A DNA stretch of 64,000 nt from assembly GCA_951406725.2 (NCBI GenBank), contig OX597838.1, positions 43,958,001 to 44,022,000 of the forward strand, in the 5' to 3' direction. A program made the position numbers and the translations under genes. The stretch is from Octopus vulgaris. Its lineage: Eukaryota. Shown here piece by piece: positions 24,946 to 37,984 of the stretch. Under the pieces are notes generated by a model, which was not told where the DNA came from, did not search any database, and worked only from the letters and a program-made list of their open reading frames with translations. How positions within the stretch are numbered: the stretch's first letter is position 1; every line of letters starts with the position of its first letter.

Positions 24946-25049
24946 TATGCAAATTAGCAAGATGGCAGAAAGTGCAGACAATTGGCAGGATGGATACTAA
25001 GGGACTTCAAGACAAAAGACCAATAAGCTATGTTAACCCCATTAACACG

Positions 25050-25620
25050 AAACCCTTTGTTCTCAGCCGCCTGGACTACTGCTCCCAGTTATGGTCACCA
25101 CATGATGCCAAACGAACAGGGGAATTTGAAGCAGTCCAACGCCACTACACAAAGAAGATTGAAACAGGGCAGCGGATGAACTACAGGGTGAGGAGGAAAA
25201 GCAACTGTTTCACTCTTTGTAGCGAAGGCGCAAACAGATATGTAACAGATGTGGAAAATTCTAGAAGGGCTAGTACTTAATTTGAGTGTTATTTCAAATA
25301 CCAGAATGGTTACCATTGCATTATACCAAAGGTAAAATCCACGCCATCTAAATTCAGGACCAAGTACTGCAATAGCCCAGGGTTCAAAGGCCAACAGTTC
25401 TTCAAAGAAATCTGTATAAGGTGGAAGTAGATGACTTCCAAAAGGAACTAAAGATCCTCCTCTCCACAACACCAGATGAACCAACAGCCTGACACGAGGC
25501 ACAGAGGCACAGAGGTACAGACGAGGACTGCGGAAATCACTTATACCCTTATACGCCATATGGGCCAACAGCTGGGCCAAACGCAGCGGTAATGTGAAAC
25601 ACTCCAGACTTTGGAAATCA
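25050..25620 (+). mobile_element. Decayed CR1/L2-group LINE 3' fragment
   Basis: PFVLSRLDYCSQLWSPH..FEAVQRHYTKKI is typical of the post-RT region. The 3' part is homologous to 37560-37750. Confidence 0.75.
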
Positions 25621-25643
25621 GCAAGACCACGATGATGGCCATG

Positions 25644-25689
<46 letters not shown>

Positions 25690-25899
25690 AGAGAGATATA
25701 TAGATGTTTGCATATACATATATACCGACAGACATGCTATTATCGAACACTGAGAGTGCATACCGAACACCGTATTGGTGGATAAATAATCTTCATTTGT
25801 TAATTAACAAGGAAATCGATGGTTTCATGTGGAGGAAATATCTGCAAAATTTAGAATCTTAATTCTAGTCTCGGCTTCGGAATCTCCTGCTGTTCTCCT

Positions 25900-26402
25900 G
25901 GACGGTCTCCTTGTTTAATTTAGTGAACGCTGCCATAATCTTTACCTTCATTTCATTAAGGAGATTCGTTGGTCTCTCTCACTCACCTGCGTCCCACACA
26001 TAACAACCTAGGGCATTGCCGTCTGGGAAGTTAGGTGGCCAGATGTTAGGGGTCAGATGTGGTCGCAGAAATTGTTTGACAGCCGTGACTGAGTTCCCCT
26101 GCTTGTGTGGTATGGTGCTGAGTCCTGTTGCCAGACATAAGGTCTTCCAGCAGCCACCCTCTTGACCCAGGGCAGGACTACCTCCTCCAGGCTCTTGATG
26201 TAGGCTTACGTGTTGAGTGTGAGGCCGTGTGAGAAGATGAATGTAGGGACAAGGTCACCAACACTAGTGATCACTCCAGACACCATGATGTTGACTGGAT
26301 GTTTGATTTTTATCTCTCTTGGTACATGTCCTCAGATTGCACTGTCCTCACATTGACACCCAAACGCTCTAAAATGGCGACAATTTACCCATTGCACCTT
26401 GT
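25900..26402 (-). mobile_element. Internally deleted Tc1/mariner-superfamily element (probably DD37D/maT-like)
   Basis: Minus strand PYVWQQDSAPYH and PNIWPPNFPDGNALGCYVW (cf. WPPNSPDLNPLDY). Terminal TA|CAAGGTGCAATGGGTAAATTGTCGCC. Confidence 0.7.
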
Positions 26403-26455
26403 ATGTATATATGTATATATACATATATGCATGTATATATATATATATATATCTG

Positions 26456-26531
<76 letters not shown>

Positions 26532-27677
26532 ATTATAATATGTGTGTAACCGTAATTATTTCTTCTTATTTATTTTATCACATTTCAACTTAAGTATTTA
26601 CAATATATTAATTAATTTTTTAAAATTTCTGTGATGTTCTTATATACGATTGCATTAGTACTTCCCCATGTTGATATTATTTAATGCCTAATCTTGTATA
26701 TTTTGGCATTGAATTTATTAAGTAAAAAAAAGATATATATATATATATTTATAATATATAAATTAATATATATTTTATAACTTAGCGTACTTGGAATCAT
26801 AACAAACTTACGGTAAATCTAATAACCGGTATGTTTACTATGCAATAAACCGGTGTTATAAATTGAAGTTACCCAGTGAAATAGCATCCGATATCGTAAC
26901 ATATTGATATTTAAAAATATATATATCTTTAAAATAAATATTTTATGGAAATATATGAGTGGAACTTTTTTGTTATTTGAGGCATAGTTATAATTTGAAA
27001 GACTAGATGGCAGCATAGTTGCTCCCCTATTTGTTTATCTATGTGCTAGTTGTTGCTTGTGGTTATGTATGTGTATAAGTGTATGTGTGTGTGTATACAT
27101 ATAATTATGTATGTATGTGCGATTGATCTGTGGATGCGCGTGTGAATATTTGCGTTCCTTGACTAACTAACCGTAAAATTTCTTTTGTGATTCAAATTTC
27201 TAACTACTAGCCAATCGAATTAATCTAAAATAATCATTACCTAGTGGTCAAAATTTCTAAACTCATAGTTATTTCGATCTTGATAGGATGGACTTGGTGC
27301 AAACATAACTGTATCTATTATTATTATTATTATTATTATTAATATTAATAGTAATTTTTATTGACTTTTATAGCTTTATAATTTTATGAACTGAACCATG
27401 GTTTTAATTATTATTTTTCATCTCCCTATGTGTTAGTTTTTTAAACTATTAGCCAAATATGTATAATAACTGTGCTTATTAATATTAATATATACACTGA
27501 TATATATTTTGTTTTATTTTGTTTTGTTTACCTTGCATTATTGTACCAATGAGTATTATATTATATATGTGTAGCATTATGAAGTTTATGCATAAGTTTT
27601 TATATTTTACATTTTTATATTTTTATATTTATATGTATATGGAAAAATAATTTTTTCACAATTATAACAAATTTAAT

Positions 27678-27787
27678 TCTCTGAAGAGGCCGTGGGGCAT
27701 CCTTGTTAATGCCTCATTTATACCTGCCTTTATGGCTTATAGGTTAAATGAGGTATGACTGCCCTTGCTGCCGAAACAGCTGTCAGA
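27678..27787 (+). ncRNA. Type-I hammerhead ribozyme with a long extended helix II
   Basis: TCT CTGAAGA GGC...GCC GAAA C-AGCT-G TC AGA, with palindromic ACAGCTGT. Helix II extension GGGCA/TGCCC, ATGCCTCATTTA/TAAATGAGGTAT, ACCT/AGGT. Confidence 0.85.
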
Positions 27788-27972
27788 TATGATTTAATTA
27801 CATATTATATTTGAAATTTTATACTTATATTTCCTTGTCTATTTACATTTACTGTATATTTTGTATAATGCCTTTACTGATATGTAATGGTGTAATAAAG
27901 TATTGATTGGGTATCATCTGATAGTTGATGTTTTATTGATTTAAGTATGTTTCTCCATTTTCTAATTTTGTA

Positions 27973-28022
<50 letters not shown>

Positions 28023-28036
28023 AATATATATATATG

Positions 28037-28176
<140 letters not shown>

Positions 28177-28421
28177 GTCTATCTATCTATCTATATATAT
28201 ATCTATCTATCATTCAAACTATATACAAGCACGTATATACATGCAAACACACACGCTACTATTGAACACTGACAATGCGTGCCGAACGCCGCATTGATGG
28301 ATAAATAACATTAATTTGTGGATTAACAAGGTAATCAATGGTTTCATGTGGAGGGAAATGACTGCAATAATGGAAGCTTGCACAGGTTAGAATCTTGCTA
28401 CTCGTCTCGATGGAGATGTAT

Positions 28422-28515
<94 letters not shown>

Positions 28516-28923
28516 ATATACATATATACATATATAGATATGTATATATGTATATTTATATCTATCAATCTATCTATGTTTGCTTTTATATGAAGTTATA
28601 AGAGAAATTCATAAGTTGCATAGCTTTAAAAAATCGCATATTAGATCCAAGGATTCCACCGCACAGCTGAATTCCCGATCGGAAACTTTCAGCAAATGCA
28701 AACATATAGACAAATTTCATTTGGCGAATTGGAGGACAACATCCTCTGCCGATTGAGAAGCTCTATCACAGAAACTAGACCCTACTCTGCTCACTAATTA
28801 TGCAAAATCTAGCTTTACGGTTAAAAGGGACATAAATCCAATTTCCTTCTTTCTTTTTCTTTCCTTTTCCTATTGGCAGCGGAGAAAAATTATCCATCAC
28901 TGGCGGAACAGTAATAGGAAGTT

Positions 28924-29151
28924 AAAATGACAACGGAATAAGAAATTATTCTCTGAACTTCATTAGCTTACTGTTATACTGTAATGGAATAATTTGCAAT
29001 GCACGCATAGATAGATGCCTGCACTCCATTTTCGAAGCTCCATGAAGTTACAGGATGATACATAAGGTTTCAAATCTTGGTGCCAATAGCTCAGAAGAGG
29101 CTCTAAGCTAATGAAATTCATGACATAATTTCTTATCACTTTCTCATTTTG
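28924..29151. repeat. Imperfect inverted repeat of about 47 bp (MITE-like)
   Basis: AAAATGACAA..ATAAGAAATTAT..TTCATTAGCTTA vs TAAGCTAATGAA..ATAATTTCTTAT..TCATTTT. Confidence 0.5.
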
Positions 29152-29499
29152 ATTTCATTTGAACATAGTCTAAAAGTCAATGCTCTGAATGTTTTTCGTC
29201 ACGTGTTCCTAGAGAATGAACACATGATTAAGTTTACAACTGTTTGTATGTTTTCTCTTACGTCCATGCGTTAGTGTCACGTGACAGTATATTTTGCACC
29301 TAAAAAGAAGGCCGACACGGTTGAGTGATCATGTTTAGTTATAACCAAGGCACTCCAAATATAATCTGTCTGGTGGTAAGGGGGGGACAGGAGTCGTTTG
29401 TATGTATGCAGTGTATAGGTTGTTAGCTATGTCGGTTCTTCATGATAAGTGACAGGATGAGTTTTGTGCGTGAATAGTCATACGTGTAGATACTCTGTT

Positions 29500-30385
29500 A
29501 AAGTTTGTTAAGTCTAGGTTTGTATTTTTGTGGTATTCGCTGAATACAGGTAGAGCGAGAAGACATGGAATTTGGGGGAATTAATTTTGCACATATGTAT
29601 ATGTGTCCACTCAGTGAAATCTGTCTCCAGGGACCTCGTATTTGTTGTCGGTGGATGGTCAGTCAATTTCTTTGAGTAAGCTTTGTTTGACCTATTAATA
29701 TTCAATACATCCTTGACATTTGATAGCGTATATTGAATTCATTGAAGAATATGTAAAGTGATTTTAACGTAAAATCTGTCCTGATTTGAATTTCTAACTT
29801 GTGTCCTCAATAAGGTTAATGCAGATCCCGCAATCGGGGCAGCCACACTTTTTGGATTGTTGCTGTAGGAATTGTAGAAGGTAATTTAGAACTTTTTGAG
29901 GGACTTTGATTGTCTTTTACTTTTGCTTGTTTCATTCTTGGGTCTCGTTTTAGTAGTTTTAGATGTTCTGATGGATAATATTGTAAACCTCTGTATTTCT
30001 TGGGTTGTGTGTTGTAATAAATGGTAGAGTACTGAATGTACTTGGAGCATTTTTCATTTTTAGTAGTTCTTCGATATTTATTGCATTGGCACGTTCTATT
30101 CCATTGTCTATTAACTTTAATGGATATTGTCTTTTAAGTAATACTTGTTTTAGTTCCAGGAGTCTTTTATTGTGAGTTTCAGGGTTTGAGACAATTATGC
30201 AGATTCTTCTTGCTAGATTAAAGGGGATATTATTCGTCGTGTGTTTGGGATGCCATGAGGAGAACAGTAAGTATTGTTTAGAATCTGTTTGTTTGTAGTG
30301 AATATCTGTTTCAATGATTTTACCTCTTTTGATGATTAATATATCAAAAAATGGTTGTTGAGTTTTACTGAATTCCATGGTAAGG
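29500..30385 (-). mobile_element. Decayed Penelope-like element (Neptune-type): RT thumb, Zn-finger linker, GIY-YIG remnant
   Basis: TMEFSKTQQPFFDILI..DIHYKQTDSKQYLLFSSWHPKHTTNNIPFNLARRI; downstream KCGCPDCGIC and IYAIKCQGC. Paralogous to 37985-39015. Confidence 0.85.
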
Positions 30386-30400
30386 TTAATATTATTGTTG

Positions 30401-30444
<44 letters not shown>

Positions 30445-30966
30445 GGGTGAGCCAAAATTCACGTATCTTAACATTTTTATTTACATTATGTTATTATTGT
30501 TATTGAGTGAGAGACCAGTGCATGCCGCATCAAAGAGAACTACACGAAGCCCTGTATAGCCACCATGAATACATATCTGGAAGGTTACACCAGGCACATG
30601 CATCACAACCATATGCGCCCGACATGTTGATCTCACATCAAGATTAACAGCGCAGGGCCTTGCAGATGGGGCTAAGTAAAATTTTTTTCAGGTCGAGTAG
30701 CTCATGCCGCAAAAATCTCCCTGAACAAGGATGTTAAAACGAAACATCAGAGGTTAGTTATCCAAACTCAAAAGAATTCCTCTCAACCCGTGACTTCGAT
30801 GCTCCCCGACTACTTCTGCTCATGATCAGAGATGCACATATCAGCTCAACTGGTTAAGGTCAAGCAATTGACAAACAAATTTGTGGTATTGAGCAGAATA
30901 TTTGCTGTATTCCTTCTTTTATACCAAGACAAAACGATCTACATGATAAAACTTATTATTATTATT

Positions 30967-31197
30967 AGTCAAGGCGAAGAGCGCGATTCGATTGTAAGAT
31001 ATTTTATTAGTCGAACGATATTTCAACAGTAAGTCTCTCTTGGTCAAGTTCAAAATAAGAAGTGATAAAAATTCAAAATTACAGAAATTGAATTTTTATC
31101 ACTTCTCATTTTGAACTTGACAAAGACAGACTTACTGTTGAAATATCGTTCGACTAATAAAATATCTTACAATCGAATCGCGCTCTTTGTTTTGACT
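30967..31197. repeat. Long near-perfect palindrome (110-bp arms, 11-nt spacer)
   Basis: 30967-31076 vs 31088-31197. A diverged second pair lies at about 31387-31498 / 31668-31780. Confidence 0.9.
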
Positions 31198-31327
31198 GTT
31201 TACCTTTGTGAAGAGTTACGTCAATCCTTTTTAGAACCTTCTTCTTCTTCTTCTTCTTCTTCTTCTTCTTCTTCTTCTTCTTCTTCTTCTTCTTCTCCTC
31301 CTCCTCCTCCTCCTCCTTCTCCTCCTC

Positions 31328-31383
<56 letters not shown>

Positions 31384-31872
31384 GTTAGACAAGACAAAGA
31401 GCGCAATGCGGTTGCAATAGATATTTTATTGGTTGATGGATATTTCGACAGCAAACCTATCTTTGTCGAGTTCAAAATAAAAAGTGATTGAATATTCCTC
31501 TTTTTCGTTTGTTTTTTTCTTTCCTTTTTTCTTGTTTTTCTCACTCATTTTTGTGTCTTTCTTTTCGCCTGTTATAAAATTTGAACGTAAAAACTGATGA
31601 TGTCATTCCATCCACGTGTGGACGCTGGCTGCTCTCCTTAATTCTTTAGACTTGAATTTTTATAATCTTGAATTTTTATCAATATTTGCTTTGAATTCAA
31701 CAAAGACAGGCTTGCTGACGAAATATCGCTCAACCAATATAGTATGTATTGCAATCGCATCGAGATCTTCGTCTGGTCTCTTTACTTTTGTGAAGAACCC
31801 TTTTAAATTATTATTATTATCATCATCATCATCAATAATATTTATACGCTAATCTGTTTTTTGTACTTACTC

Positions 31873-31959
<87 letters not shown>

Positions 31960-32267
31960 TTTAAGTCTTCTACCCATTTCAATTCGGCTATACACCAGAT
32001 AGCATGTTAGACTGTTCCGAAATATAAATTTTGAATTTGTTTTAATTATAAAATTACACCTCAGCTAAAAAACATCTTTTGGTTTTGGAATTCAACCTTT
32101 TCTTTCTCTTTCTATATCTTTTGTTGAGTTACAATTTTTCTGTTTTGGTCAGGAATTTTCCAATTTCTTTTTTTGTATCAAGTAATGGACGAAAGCATTT
32201 AAAAAATTAAAGTCATATAGCCGAACAAAATCAAAAATATTAACTCTCTTTTAGGTGGTACACACAT

Positions 32268-32392
<125 letters not shown>

Positions 32393-32462
32393 TATATATA
32401 AAGCATGTTTCAAATGGCGGTGCCCCAGCATGGCCACAGCTCATAAGCTGAAACTAGAATCA

Positions 32463-32522
<60 letters not shown>

Positions 32523-32532
32523 TATATTTATA

Positions 32533-32570
<38 letters not shown>

Positions 32571-32876
32571 TGTGTGGTGGAAATAAGCAACTTTCTCCTT
32601 CTATATTTTTTTTTGCTAGATTTTCTCTGTTTTGGTCAGGATTTTTCCAATTTCTTTTTCTTATATCAAACAACTGACGAAAACATTTAAAAAATAGAAT
32701 TAAATTCGTAGAGCCGAAGAAAATGAAAAATGTTAATTCTATTTTTTCCCTTTACGTTTTACTTTGGCATTATATAATTAATTAGCGTATCCTATAAACA
32801 GTGTCCTTGCATCTTATGTGAGTATTTCAGAAATATTTCCCCCTTCTAAACAAAATGCACACACACACACACACAT

Positions 32877-32960
<84 letters not shown>

Positions 32961-32971
32961 TACATATACAT

Positions 32972-33018
<47 letters not shown>

Positions 33019-33050
33019 AAACATATATATATATATATAAAACATATATA

Positions 33051-33445
33051 AGCGCAGAAGTGGTTGTGTGGTAAGTAGTTTGCTTACCAACCACATGGTA
33101 CCTGGTTCAGTCCCACTGCATGGCATCTTCGGCAAGTGTCTTCTACTATAGCCTCGGGCTGACCGAAGCCTTGTGAATGGATTTGGTAGACGGAAACTGA
33201 AAGGAGCTCGTCGTCTATATGTATATATGTGTGTGTATATGTTTGTGTGTCTGTGTTTGTCCCTTCAACATTACTTGATAACCGATGCTGGTGTGTTTAC
33301 GTCCCCGTCACATAGCGGTTTGGCAAGAGTGACCGATAGAATAAGTACTAGGCTTCCAAAGAATAAGTCCTGGGGTTGATTTGCTCGACTAAAGGCGGTG
33401 CCCCAGCATGGCCGCAGTCAAATAACTGAAACAATAAAAGAAAAA
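33051..33445 (+). mobile_element. Full-length SINE (family A)
   Basis: GCGCAGAAGTGGTTGTGTGGTAAG head, GGTTCAGTCCC B-box-like motif, internal (TA/TG)n and a GGCGGTGCCCCAGCATGGCCGCAGTC tail. Further copies at 20259, 59575-60928 and 63355-63743. Confidence 0.85.
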
Positions 33446-33838
33446 GAATAAGAATATATGATAGTGACCATTCCTTACTGTTAGGAATATTGTCAGAGCT
33501 CAGTCTGAACAACTGTAGGTTGAGGCCCACGTGACTATCTTCTTTAGTACGGGTCCGCGGCTTTTTTCTCTCCTTTTCACAAATCCATTTTCTTCACTCA
33601 TTCTCACCCAAACAAACAATGAAAGCTTGGAAAATTAAAGCAGCTTTGATCTGCATTTTATTTAATACATTTCTTTATTTCATTTTGATGCAGTTGATAT
33701 CTCGTCTGCCTGTCATTTGGAACGTATCCTAATTAATTCGGAATTAATCAATTATGAATTTCTATAAACTTAGAAGAAAGAAAACATTTGAAAGGGATTC
33801 ATTATATTTCTAACAGCTTTCGAACATGTTTGTACTTG

Positions 33839-33927
<89 letters not shown>

Positions 33928-33963
33928 AGATATGTTTATATCTATATGTGTATATATATATAA

Positions 33964-34033
<70 letters not shown>

Positions 34034-34119
34034 GTATATATACATATTATCTATATGTATGTATATGTATATATAATATAAATATTTGTGTATATATAAA
34101 TATAAAATTATATATATAA

Positions 34120-34159
<40 letters not shown>

Positions 34160-34185
34160 ACATATACATATATATATATGTATAC

Positions 34186-34228
<43 letters not shown>

Positions 34229-34363
34229 TATGCATATATGTATCTAACTATGCATACATACATATATGTATAGATATGTATGTATGTGTGTAAACCTATA
34301 TGTATATGTAATATAATTTTTTGTATTTTTGCATATATTTATATATATATATTAGTGTGTATA

Positions 34364-34406
<43 letters not shown>

Positions 34407-34764
34407 ACACACACATGTATATGTATAAATGTATATGTATGTATATTATATATATGTATGTAATCTGGTATGTATGTATATTAGCTATGTGAAAGCGGTT
34501 GCTGGTTACCATGGCAATGAACTGTGTACACTTTGCCATCGTTATCTGCCCGTTGACATTGCAAACCTGTCATTCAGCTTCTTTACTGATATTGTTGCTT
34601 ATTGTACACATATTGATATCAGTGAGCGTATATGCATAGGCATACACACATATATACAGAACAGTCGTATACACACGCACACAAGAAATTGTGAACATTA
34701 TTATAGACACAAGATAACATGAAAATATAAGTCTTCAATGACGCAGTTGATTGTGTGTGCATGT

Positions 34765-34803
<39 letters not shown>

Positions 34804-34953
34804 CACAGACACACACACACATATATGTACTTATATATATATTTATATATATGTATATATACACACACATACACTCACATAAATATCTACACACGCACAT
34901 ACACTCACACACACATATAATAACAATTAAGGGTGCTACAAAGTATATATATA

Positions 34954-34990
<37 letters not shown>

Positions 34991-35062
34991 GTATAAGTCT
35001 ATATATACACGTACCTATATACACATAGATACATACATAGACACACATACACACACAGAGAC

Positions 35063-35114
<52 letters not shown>

Positions 35115-35757
35115 GTACGTATAAATTTGTAGCTATATATATGTCCGTGTATATATGTATATGTATCCAATTTCTGGGAGATATTTGCATGCGGGATGGT
35201 GGATGGTGCCGGGATGAACGCAGGACGGTTTAGAGATGAGAGAAGTACGAGGTAGTAATGGTAGACGAAAGGTTAATTTTAAAATAATATGTCGTTTTTT
35301 TTCCATATATATATACGGATATATTTGTGTGTGGAGTTTCGTTATCTTATACGAATCATATTTTCGTTACGATGTATTTGTTTTAATGATTTTTAAATAT
35401 TTAAGGGACTTGGGTGGAAATATTAGTTTTAATTCTTTATGGCTGTATGTATTCAATAGAATGATGTTTAACTTTTTTGTTCCCAAGTAACAGGCATTTT
35501 GCGCCGTTTGATTAATAAATTATTCAGTTTGTTTGCAGTGAGGTCGTTTTATTTGTGTTAAAAATTTGTTATAATTCGGAAGTTTTTATCTTATCTATAT
35601 TATACTATATATTAGCTATTTATTTTATTATAATTCTTTAATTTCATTTTATTTTTAATGTGCAATTTATTCGGTTAATTTATTTTCTATTATAAGAAAT
35701 ATATTTAATAGATATTGCTTTTTCGCTTGCACATGGTTCGGTGACGTTTTTGGTATA

Positions 35758-36994
35758 TTAGGTTGTCAAGAAAGTTCTTGCGGTTTTTAACCTTTAAATT
35801 CAGAAGCAGATATGTCGACCCAAACAAAACTTTATAAATCGAAAGAAACACCATCGAAACCAACACACTTTTGCCAACGCTAAACAAGTCTATTTATGCC
35901 AGTAGCATAAAAATCCTGCGTTCTGCCGGTGATGAAGTCGTTGAATACATATTTGGCATCGTCTTGGTTTTTGAAGCATTTCTCACAAAGGAAGTTGTCA
36001 AGATGCTTGAAAAAGGGGTAGTCGGAAGGTCAAAGGTGTAGTGAGTATGGCAGATGAGGCAGAATTTCGTAGCCCAATTCGTTCAACTTCTGCAGGGTCA
36101 GTTGTGCGACGTGCGGCCGAGCGTTGTCGTGGAGAAGAATTGGTCCTTTTCTATTGGCCAATGCTGTCTGTTGTGGGAGTTTCTCATGCAATTCATCCAT
36201 TTGCTGACAATACTTCTCCGCCGTAATGGTTTCGCCTGGATCCAAAAAGCTGTGATGGATGAGACCTGCCGCAGACCACCGAAGAGTCACCACAACCTTC
36301 TTTTGGTGCAATTTTGGTTTCGGGAAGTGCCAATTTTGGCTTCGTTGGCGTCCATTCACTGAGCTGTCGTAAAGAATCCACTTTTCATCGCAAGTCACAA
36401 TCCGGTCGAGAAAAGGGTCATTCTTGTTGCGTAAAAAAGGTTGTCGTTCAATTCGTGCGGCACCTATTTCTCGAGTATTTTTGTTTTTCCAATCTCTTTC
36501 AAGTGGTTGGAAATTGTGGTATAAATTATTTCTAATTCAGAAGCAAGCTCTCGAACAGTTGTGTGTGGATTGGCTTTGACTAAGGCTCTTAGTTGATTGT
36601 TGTCAACATCCGCTGGCTGACCACCACGCTTATCATCTTCAAGACTCTCGTCACCGCTACGAAATTTCTTGAACCACCTTTGTGCTGTTCGTTCATTAGT
36701 GATTCCTGAGTCAAACGCATCGTTAATATCGCGAGCTGTTTCAGCTGCTTTTCGGCCTAGCTTAAACTGGAATAAGAAAATTGTGCAAATTTGCTTTTTG
36801 TCCATGTTGTATTCAACGTTCCGGAAAAAATGGCCTAATTATTCAAAAAGAAAAAGCGTAACACAATTAGACAGAGTGAAAAACGGGCTTTACAATGATA
36901 TATAAATTGAAAGTAATTTAACGAAAATTAATTTGAAAATACATAATTGAAAACCAAAATAAAAAATTCCGTAAGAACTTTCTTGACAACCTAA
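35758..36994 (-). mobile_element. Full-length mariner transposon (Hsmar1-like, cecropia-type), frameshifted transposase
   Basis: TIRs TTAGGTTGTCAAGAAAGTTCTT / AAGAACTTTCTTGACAACCTAA with TA TSDs. ORF from 36805: MDKKQICTIFLFQFKLGRKAAETARDIN..; TCDEKW, LLHDNARPH, HLPYS motifs. Confidence 0.95.
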
Positions 36995-37237
36995 TAGTTT
37001 CCTGATTGGAATATGTTATAGAATGTAAAACTGTATATCTATCAGTCTCTGTTCATTTATTAATCTCTATGGCCACAGTTCTAAAATTGTTGTTGCTTCT
37101 ATTGTTATTATCATGTTATCTCTGTCTGATTCCGTAGATTTTGCTCAATACCCATATTTCAATAGTTCTAGTTCTTCGTTCTCTATTTTTTTTTAAAATC
37201 ACGATGTTCTTTTTGGGTAAACATTTTGTTTATATTA

Positions 37238-37510
37238 TAGAGTCCAGAACTTTCTCCCTGTGAATTTTGGTTGATTCCCAAGCTGAAAACGAACCTCAGG
37301 AACTGTCGTTTGAAGATGAAGTAGGTGTGAGAAGGGCCCTTCACACCTTCACTTTCGAAGACTTCAATGGGGCGTTCATGAAGTGTCAAGAGGCAATACG
37401 AAGTCCAGTGAAGTCTCAGAATCCTACGTTAAAGAAGATCAGAGTTTTTAACTTTACTGAAGTTAATAAATGTCTCTTCTGAAAATGTCTACAAATATCT
37501 GAAATGCACC
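37238..37510 (+). mobile_element. Mariner transposase 3' fragment
   Basis: SPELSPCEFWLIPKLK (cf. YSPDLAPCDFWLFPKLK). Related to the 21.3-21.6 kb end of the decayed mariner. Confidence 0.65.
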
Positions 37511-37559
37511 ATGGACATGCATAATCACTTTAACTCTTTAACTTTTTTTCAGATTTAAA

Positions 37560-37750
37560 GCCACAATCATGCCGCGGCACCACCGTTGGCTGTGGTAAAC
37601 CTTCATCATTTGAAACCTCATCTGATATGTGACATTTGGCAAATGAGGGAATTTGAGGCTGCTGCTCTCATCTGTGTTTCCTGCCGTAAGGTAGGCCCAT
37701 CTGGAGCTCTTGACAGGAGGAGATCCAGTTTTGCTTTGAAGACATATACA
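37560..37750 (-). mobile_element. CR1/L2-group LINE 3' end fragment
   Basis: VDVYVFKAKLDLLLSRAPDGPT..AASNSL; homologous to about 25420-25620. Confidence 0.6.
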
Positions 37751-37757
37751 TCTACAC

Positions 37758-37798
<41 letters not shown>

Positions 37799-37984
37799 GC
37801 GTGTGTGTATGTGTCTATCAATGTACAAACGCACACACACAATACATGTTTCGTTTTCTTAGTCTGTATTAAGCAGGCTCTCTACTCGACATGACAAAAG
37901 GTTCGTCTTGCAATGCTCCTTCTTCAGTGAACTCGGCATATCAACTTCATGATCACAGAGCTCAGTGCATATATATATATATAT

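Noticed and set aside
31727-31770. CTGACGA in the second fold-back unit as an HHR core
   Set aside because: There is no correctly placed GAAA and no helix I or II.
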